From assembly GCA_048882505.1 (NCBI GenBank), contig JBHLRO010000005.1, forward strand, positions 197,204-229,203: 32,000 nucleotides of DNA. The letters run 5' to 3'. Positions 26,488-32,000 of the stretch are shown here, in pieces. Below the pieces are notes generated by a model. It was not told the DNA's origin. It searched no databases and worked only from the letters and a program-made list of their open reading frames with translations. The DNA comes from Candidatus Thorarchaeota archaeon (GTDB taxonomy: Archaea > Asgardarchaeota > Heimdallarchaeia > Hodarchaeales > Hodarchaeaceae). Made by a program: the position numbers and the translations under genes. Positions within the stretch are counted from its first letter, which is position 1. Every line of letters starts with the position of its first letter.

Positions 26488-27336
26488 ATGCCAACGTCAC
26501 GAAGAAATTTCTTGAAACTATTAGGCGCAATAGGAGCAGTAGGAGGAACCCTTGCAATTACATCCAAATTAAATTTCAATCAACAATCCCTAGGACGTCA
26601 AAACTCTGCCACAGAAGAGGAATTTCCTCCCCAGTGGGTTATGATGATTGATTTGGAAAAATGTGACGGGTGTCAAGATAAGGATATTAGCTCTTGCTTG
26701 GAAGCTTGCGCAATTATGCATTATGTTCCTAAACGATTTAAGGAATCAGGCGAACCAACTGAACCATCGGAGCCGCAGGCTTGGATTGAATTATATGAAA
26801 AAGAAGACAACAGTTTGGCAGGGAAATACTTCTTACCACGGCCTTGTATGCATTGTGAAAGCCCCCCTTGCCTGTGGGTTTGCCCAACAGGTGCAACTTT
26901 CAGGAACGATGAAGGATTAGTATTAATAGATCACCGCATATGTATTGGTTGCCGAATGTGCATCGCGGCCTGTCCCTATAATGCACGCTACTTTAATTGG
27001 GGCGAACCTGAACCGTGGTTCGGCACTAGGGAGGAGGAAATTGAATATGCGAAGCAATTAGGGGCATATTCCGCAGAATATCCCCTGCCTCACCAAAGAG
27101 GAGTTGTTGAGAAGTGTGATTTTTGTTCCCATTCTGCCAAAAATGGCCAGCTCCCAGCTTGTGTGGGAGCATGCCCAGGCGGAGCGCTATATTTCGGGAA
27201 TCTAAACCATGACTTAGTGACAAATGGAACCTTCCAAACAGTTCCTCTTTCAGATACTGTCAAAGAAAGAATGGGGTATCGCCTACAAGAGGAATTGGGT
27301 ACAAAACCTCGAATATTTTACTTACCTAAGCGCTGA
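26488..27336 (+). CDS. Tat-exported 4x[4Fe-4S] electron-transfer subunit (NrfC/DsrO/QrcC/ActB2-like)
   Basis: SRRNFLK twin-arginine signal from ATG 26488; 16 Cys in four groups (CDGC..C..C, CMHC..C..CP, CIGCRMC..CPY, CDFC..C..CP). Confidence 0.93.
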   Translation: MPTSRRNFLKLLGAIGAVGGTLAITSKLNFNQQSLGRQNSATEEEFPPQWVMMIDLEKCDGCQDKDISSCLEACAIMHYVPKRFKESGEPTEPSEPQAWIELYEKEDNSLAGKYFLPRPCMHCESPPCLWVCPTGATFRNDEGLVLIDHRICIGCRMCIAACPYNARYFNWGEPEPWFGTREEEIEYAKQLGAYSAEYPLPHQRGVVEKCDFCSHSAKNGQLPACVGACPGGALYFGNLNHDLVTNGTFQTVPLSDTVKERMGYRLQEELGTKPRIFYLPKR

Positions 27337-27351
27337 AAGAGGGAACTGTAT

Positions 27352-28842
27352 ATGCAATCAGAAAGTTCAAACGCATTTCTTGAGGAACACAAGAGCGCAC
27401 AAATCTTATTACACCCCGTAATGAAAACGGGAAAAACCTACTTCGTTGCTCTCCTGTTAATGGTTCTTGTGTTAATGTTCGCTGCTTATGCTTATCTAAA
27501 TCAGTTTGTCAACGGTTTGATCGTAACTGGTTTGCGAGACAAGGTTTCGTGGGGAGTTTACATAACCAATTTCGTTTTCTTTATTGGGATCTCGCATGCA
27601 GGAACATTCATATCAGCTGTTCTTCGTGTAACTGATGCTCAGTGGAGACATCCGATAACCCGAATTGGCGAACTATTGACAGCATTTGGGCTGTTCATTG
27701 GTGCAGCCATGGTTTTGATTGATATAGGGCGTATTGACAGAATCTTATATGTTCTTACGATTGGCAAGTTCAATTCACCTATTCTCTGGGACTTTTTAGC
27801 CCTCTCAATGTATATAGTTGGTAGCCTGGTTTACCTTTACATAGCACTTATTCCTGATTTTGCCTTGATGCGAGATCATCTCAGCACAGATGCTTTCTGG
27901 CTCAAACGATGGATGTGGAGATTCCTGGCCGTTGGTTGGCAAGGTACAGAGGCTCAACATAAGCGGTTAAATCGAGGAATCGGATTCATGGCATGGATTC
28001 TCATTCCAGTAATGATAACAGTTCATACCGTTGTTTCTTACACCGTTGGAGGAGTTATGCTACGTCCAGGTTGGCGTAGTACAATCTTTGGACCTTATTT
28101 CGTTATTGGGGCATTATATTCTGGAACTGCAGCTTTGATCACGGCGATGTTCGTCATAAGGGTTATCTACCCCGAATACAAGAAGATATTGACAGAACGA
28201 CACTTCCGAAATATGGGCGTAATAATGGTTGTTTTAAGCCTTGGATATGCCTATTTCACGTTTTCTGAGTACATTGGCGCTCTCTATTCAACGCCAACTG
28301 AAGAAGCAGAGCTCCTTAACGCTCTCTTCTATGGCGACTATGCGTTATTATTCTGGTTCTCGATCGTGGGCGGAATAGTAATCCCAGGAAACATTTTCTT
28401 CTTTACGAGGGCCCGTAGCATTACCGGAATTTTCATTGCCTCGATCCTTGTCAATATAGGGATGTGGATAAAGCGGTTCGTGATTATCGTTCCAGCTATG
28501 GCGCGACCTTGGATAGCAGGACCTTGGGGGACTTATATCCCCACTTGGGTTGAGGCTGCCATCACTTTAGGTGCATTTACCGCATTGGTATTTGGAATTG
28601 CAATTGCCCTGAAGTTCTTTCCCATTGCGCCATTATGGGAGATTCTCGAAGATGAGAAAAATCGTAAATTGTGGAAAGAGGCAGATCTGAAGTATCCCAC
28701 ATCATTTGCTGATCAAACTTTTCCTCTTTCAGAGGTTCAGAAACAAGAAGAAGAAAATATTGCCAGTGAACTGATTCTAGGCAAGAAAGAAAAAATAAAG
28801 GACGAAAGGCCGCCAGAATTCAGTTTCGAGGACCGTGACTAA
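27352..28842 (+). CDS. NrfD/PsrC-family quinone-interacting membrane subunit, ActC/QrcD-like (10 TM)
   Basis: WGVYITNFVFFIGISHAGTFISA, WR-x-PI-x-R, DIGR, SPILWD, TVHTVVS, GW-x-STIFGPYFV-x-GA-x-YSG, KRFVIIVP. Confidence 0.92.
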   Translation: MQSESSNAFLEEHKSAQILLHPVMKTGKTYFVALLLMVLVLMFAAYAYLNQFVNGLIVTGLRDKVSWGVYITNFVFFIGISHAGTFISAVLRVTDAQWRHPITRIGELLTAFGLFIGAAMVLIDIGRIDRILYVLTIGKFNSPILWDFLALSMYIVGSLVYLYIALIPDFALMRDHLSTDAFWLKRWMWRFLAVGWQGTEAQHKRLNRGIGFMAWILIPVMITVHTVVSYTVGGVMLRPGWRSTIFGPYFVIGALYSGTAALITAMFVIRVIYPEYKKILTERHFRNMGVIMVVLSLGYAYFTFSEYIGALYSTPTEEAELLNALFYGDYALLFWFSIVGGIVIPGNIFFFTRARSITGIFIASILVNIGMWIKRFVIIVPAMARPWIAGPWGTYIPTWVEAAITLGAFTALVFGIAIALKFFPIAPLWEILEDEKNRKLWKEADLKYPTSFADQTFPLSEVQKQEEENIASELILGKKEKIKDERPPEFSFEDRD

Positions 28843-28904
28843 ATAACTGGTTTACCAAAAGTTCCCAGACTTTTTCAAATCTCATCTTGAATTTAGGTAC
28901 ATAA

Positions 28905-30602
28905 ATGAAAAACAGATATACCAAGTTTTTTGGTGTAACTTTCTCTGTCCTGATCGCCAGTACTTCAATGGCCATGCAATTAAGGGTGTCCACCAATGTT
29001 CCCCACTATATTGTGAATATAGCCCCACAGGAACTTGAACAGATAGCTAATGAAATAGCTAATGGAATACTTAGGGAAGCCATTGAGGATGACAATTTTG
29101 CGAAATGGCCCAGAATCACTGATGGCCCTCCGCCAGGATGGCTGGGATCTTGGAATAATTTCTATTATGGATACTGGTGGGGTACCGCAGGAGTAGCAGA
29201 CACCCTGATCACTCTATTTGATGCGACACAGAATCAGACCTATCTCAATTATGCTGAAAAGGCCGGTAACTACCTTATGCAAAATGCTCAGGACCACCCT
29301 GATGGTGGAATTTACTGGTATGGTGCTGAGGATTATAATACAACATATATAGGGATGAAATACGGAAATGCGGGGATTGCTCTTTTCTTCCTAGACCTTT
29401 TAAAATCTACAAACAATCAAACTTATTACGAACCATTGGAAAACTCTCTTTTAACGCTAGAGGCAGTAGCACACAATTCCTCGGAAAATGATACCTTCTG
29501 GAGTTATACCCTTGGTGGTTCCGAAGGCGTTACTGATATTACATATGGAGTAGCAGGAATAGCCAACGTATTCCTAGAGGCCGGCGTCTCTCTAAATAAC
29601 ACTCATTGGATAGATATCGCAATTAGTTCAGGGGAATGGTTAACGAAGCTTGCCAGCAAAATCCACACTGACGGACAACAAGAATGGAGCATACCATGGT
29701 CAGATTTCGCTCCATTTAACACCTCCTTTTTCACGGGGTACGGAGGAGGAAACGCAGGTATTGGTTCGTTCCTATTATCTCTTTATAGTTCAACAAATGA
29801 TTCGCAGTGGCTAGATGCAGCGATCTTCATTGGAAATTGGTTACTTTCAAAACGAACTAACGGAACCTGGCTGAATGGTGGACCAACCTATATTACGGAG
29901 TTAGATCCCAATTCAACCAGACATCATACAATTGCTGGTATAGATAGTGGAGTTGCAGGAATAGGTCAATTTTTATTGGATTTATATCTCAACACAGCTA
30001 ATATGAGGTATGCAGAAGGTGTATTTGACGCAGCAAGTTGGTTAATAGGCCATGCCAACAAATCGGATCAAGGTTTGAAATGGGCGAAAACTACAGCTGA
30101 ACCAGATTCCAATGCCTATTTCACGGGATATTCCTCGGGCGCTGCTGGAATTGGAAGCTTTTTTGCCGAGATTTATTCCGCGTTCGGATGTGAGAAGTTC
30201 AAAACCGCCATGCTTGGCGCAGCAGAATGGTTGGCTTCGCTGCGAAAAGATGCTTACCTATTTCCAGCTGCAACGGGGACGACTCGTCACCCATTTCATC
30301 TTAAGCAATACGGACATCACCTTGGGTACCATAGCGGAGCGGCAGGTGTGGCCTTATATTTCTTGAAGGCGGCCGAGGGCCTACAATCAACTCCAAAATA
30401 TCCCGAAGTCATAAATTGTTCTTCTCTTCCCGAGTTTGGAGGATTACTACCCCAAACATATATTAATAATCAAAGTTCAGAAACAACAGTAAACGGGCAG
30501 ATTAATGACATTGAGCAGCTAATCGTCTCCTTACTTGGATTAGTTACGGTATCGATGGTATTGCTAATCCCAGTACTGGCATTACGAAGGAAAGACGCAT
30601 GA
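28905..30602 (+). CDS. Secreted, membrane-anchored LanC-like (alpha/alpha barrel) protein lacking Zn-binding and catalytic residues
   Basis: Seven G-x-AG repeats (GTAG, GNAG, GVAG, GNAG, GVAG, GAAG, GAAG); no GxAHG, WCxG or CHG; signal peptide, many sequons, C-terminal TM. Confidence 0.8.
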   Translation: MKNRYTKFFGVTFSVLIASTSMAMQLRVSTNVPHYIVNIAPQELEQIANEIANGILREAIEDDNFAKWPRITDGPPPGWLGSWNNFYYGYWWGTAGVADTLITLFDATQNQTYLNYAEKAGNYLMQNAQDHPDGGIYWYGAEDYNTTYIGMKYGNAGIALFFLDLLKSTNNQTYYEPLENSLLTLEAVAHNSSENDTFWSYTLGGSEGVTDITYGVAGIANVFLEAGVSLNNTHWIDIAISSGEWLTKLASKIHTDGQQEWSIPWSDFAPFNTSFFTGYGGGNAGIGSFLLSLYSSTNDSQWLDAAIFIGNWLLSKRTNGTWLNGGPTYITELDPNSTRHHTIAGIDSGVAGIGQFLLDLYLNTANMRYAEGVFDAASWLIGHANKSDQGLKWAKTTAEPDSNAYFTGYSSGAAGIGSFFAEIYSAFGCEKFKTAMLGAAEWLASLRKDAYLFPAATGTTRHPFHLKQYGHHLGYHSGAAGVALYFLKAAEGLQSTPKYPEVINCSSLPEFGGLLPQTYINNQSSETTVNGQINDIEQLIVSLLGLVTVSMVLLIPVLALRRKDA

Positions 30603-31381
30603 AAATACCAAAAAAAGTAAGAAAAAACCTATTTCCTCTTATTCTAGTTGTCCACATTTTGTTAGGATCGAAAATCCTTCTGAAATCTCTGAGCTCCGAT
30701 GTTCCAGTGATTGACGGAATATTCACAGAGGAAGAATGGGAAGGTGGCGATCGGAGGATTTTACAAATGGCAGATGGAACGACAATCGACGTGACGATTA
30801 AATTCAATCTAAGCCATATTTTTATTCTGATTCAGGTCAAGGATGATGATCCAAGGTTATTTGGAGAGAGCGGGGGACACGATTTCTTTGGAGTGGAATT
30901 TGATAATAATGGCGATAAGGTTCCAATGGGCCTTTCTTTTTCCCCCGACGATGCTCTATTTGTGTCTTATAATCAACCTGGAGGCCAAGATTTCTTTCTT
31001 CAAGGAATGGGAAATCCTGCCGTCCCGGATATCCTCGAAAATGGCACTAATGACGGAACAGGCAACATAGGACTTAGTTCCAATGGTGATGGGTTAATCA
31101 TGGAGAGTAGCAAACCTCTTGATTCAAACGATTCTCCCGGATATGATGCTTCCTTAAACCCAGGGGATAAATTTAATTTGATGTTTGCTTACTGGGATAA
31201 CCACTTTGGTCCGTTAATCCAGAGTACTTCTCATAGTGATTGGACTACTTACGAGGTGCCTGGCCAGCCTCAGCTGAATATATGGGAATCCGAATTGATA
31301 TTTGAAATCGTATCTGGCATTGGTATTCTTCTCCTAATGTTTTTAGCTAGATATGGATTAAAAAGACCTAAATCCATGTAG
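30599..31381 (+). CDS. Membrane-anchored DOMON-like (ethylbenzene dehydrogenase gamma / CBM9-like) protein
   Basis: PVIDG-x4-EW, GVEFDNNGD-x-VPM, E-x-x-KPL-x-x-x-D-x-x-x-x-D, AYWD...H; parallels the DOMON repeats of the 24745 gene; ATGA overlap with the LanC-like gene. Confidence 0.7.
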   Translation: MKIPKKVRKNLFPLILVVHILLGSKILLKSLSSDVPVIDGIFTEEEWEGGDRRILQMADGTTIDVTIKFNLSHIFILIQVKDDDPRLFGESGGHDFFGVEFDNNGDKVPMGLSFSPDDALFVSYNQPGGQDFFLQGMGNPAVPDILENGTNDGTGNIGLSSNGDGLIMESSKPLDSNDSPGYDASLNPGDKFNLMFAYWDNHFGPLIQSTSHSDWTTYEVPGQPQLNIWESELIFEIVSGIGILLLMFLARYGLKRPKSM

Positions 31382-31393
31382 GGAATGGAGTGG

Positions 31394-32000
31394 TTATGTG
31401 GTAGAATTAGAATTGGAACTTTGAATCCTAGCTAGTTCAAAAACAATCATAAGTCGTAATAGCACAATATATGGAAAAAAAACTTCCAATCCGCAAATCA
31501 TTAATCCTGTCAGACCAACTGAACGGTCAATTTTATGCTTGCTGTACAATGAAACCAAACCAGTAATCCCCAGGAATATTGCTCCTAGAATAAGCGTTAA
31601 AAAGAATGATTGAACAGATTGGGAAATTCCAGGAATTTCTCTAAATATGGTTAGGCGAAGGGTCTGGGTTAGAGAAGAGGTGAGGATTTGAACCGTTAAT
31701 TGCCGAGAAGACAGCAAAATACTAACCATAAAGCTCACAAGGAGCGGGATTGTGAAAGCCAAGGCTGTTTTATAGCCCTTTCTTTGATTCCGATAATATG
31801 GTGTCACAATCGCGGTGGAAGAAAAAACAAGAATAGCGAAGAGAGCGAATAAGGTTCCCAAGAATTGAAAATAGAAAATAAACTGACCTAAATAAAGAAC
31901 TTCAAGTAATCCAGTCATTACGAAACTAATCAAAGCTAGATTTGCAGTAAACATAATTAGTCTTAGATTCGCAAACTCCAAAGATTCCAATAGTTTTGAT
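31394..32000 (-). CDS. Multi-pass membrane protein, probably 5'-truncated by the window edge
   Basis: About five to six hydrophobic segments; frame remains open from the track start TTG 31990 to the window end. Confidence 0.6.
   Translation of the reverse strand, partial: SKLLESLEFANLRLIMFTANLALISFVMTGLLEVLYLGQFIFYFQFLGTLFALFAILVFSSTAIVTPYYRNQRKGYKTALAFTIPLLVSFMVSILLSSRQLTVQILTSSLTQTLRLTIFREIPGISQSVQSFFLTLILGAIFLGITGLVSLYSKHKIDRSVGLTGLMICGLEVFFPYIVLLRLMIVFELARIQSSNSNSTT

Noticed and set aside
28905-30602. Lanthipeptide (RiPP) biosynthetic cluster
   Set aside because: No Zn ligands, no dehydratase or kinase partner, no precursor peptide recognised, and the protein is predicted to be extracellular.
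871-30807. Numerous short antisense or overlapping ORFs in the track (e.g. 871-1113, 3255-3524, 5381-5785, 9075-9359, 17567-17998, 25127-25462, 26648-26920)
   Set aside because: They overlap well-supported genes on the opposite strand or in another frame and show no recognisable motifs; treated as shadow ORFs.
1-32000. CRISPR arrays, rRNA/tRNA genes, IS elements, long tandem repeats
   Set aside because: No regularly spaced direct repeats, RNA-gene signatures, transposase motifs or terminal inverted repeats were seen on reading; a dedicated scan was not possible.

Overview
Gene-dense, AT-rich archaeal chromosomal window. It is most likely from an Asgard archaeon (inference: tandem-longin protein, PARP-type zinc fingers, GGTGA-type SD motifs, TATA boxes, N-glycosylation-rich surface proteins; an intact dph2 would fit a Hodarchaeales/Heimdallarchaeia-like lineage). 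Left part: an edge-truncated GIY-YIG nuclease, a KaiC/RAD55-like ATPase, a hydantoinase/oxoprolinase A+B plus glycerate kinase operon, and a divergent RHH regulator - 7TM protein - SGNH hydrolase unit. Middle: a stand-alone double PARP-zinc-finger protein, a tandem-longin protein, Dph2, an unknown protein, a coiled-coil/wHTH protein and a XerA-type recombinase with a degenerate internal duplication. Next come thiol-redox genes and a 2-oxoacid:ferredoxin oxidoreductase with two ferredoxins. Right part: a membrane-anchored blue-copper protein, a rhodanese, and the most striking element, an apparent five-gene operon (24745-31381). It encodes a double-DOMON surface protein, a Tat-exported 4x[4Fe-4S] protein, an ActC/QrcD-like 10-TM NrfD protein, a secreted non-catalytic LanC-fold protein and a third DOMON-like protein. 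This looks like a minimal alternative-complex-III/Qrc-like quinol redox module that uses DOMON b-hemes in place of c-type cytochromes or a molybdoenzyme. Several small genes missed by the ORF track were found by hand (GIY-YIG, a CTG-start RHH, 42-aa and 47-aa proteins). No rRNA, tRNA, CRISPR array or IS element was recognised. All family assignments are from motif recognition by eye, without database searches.
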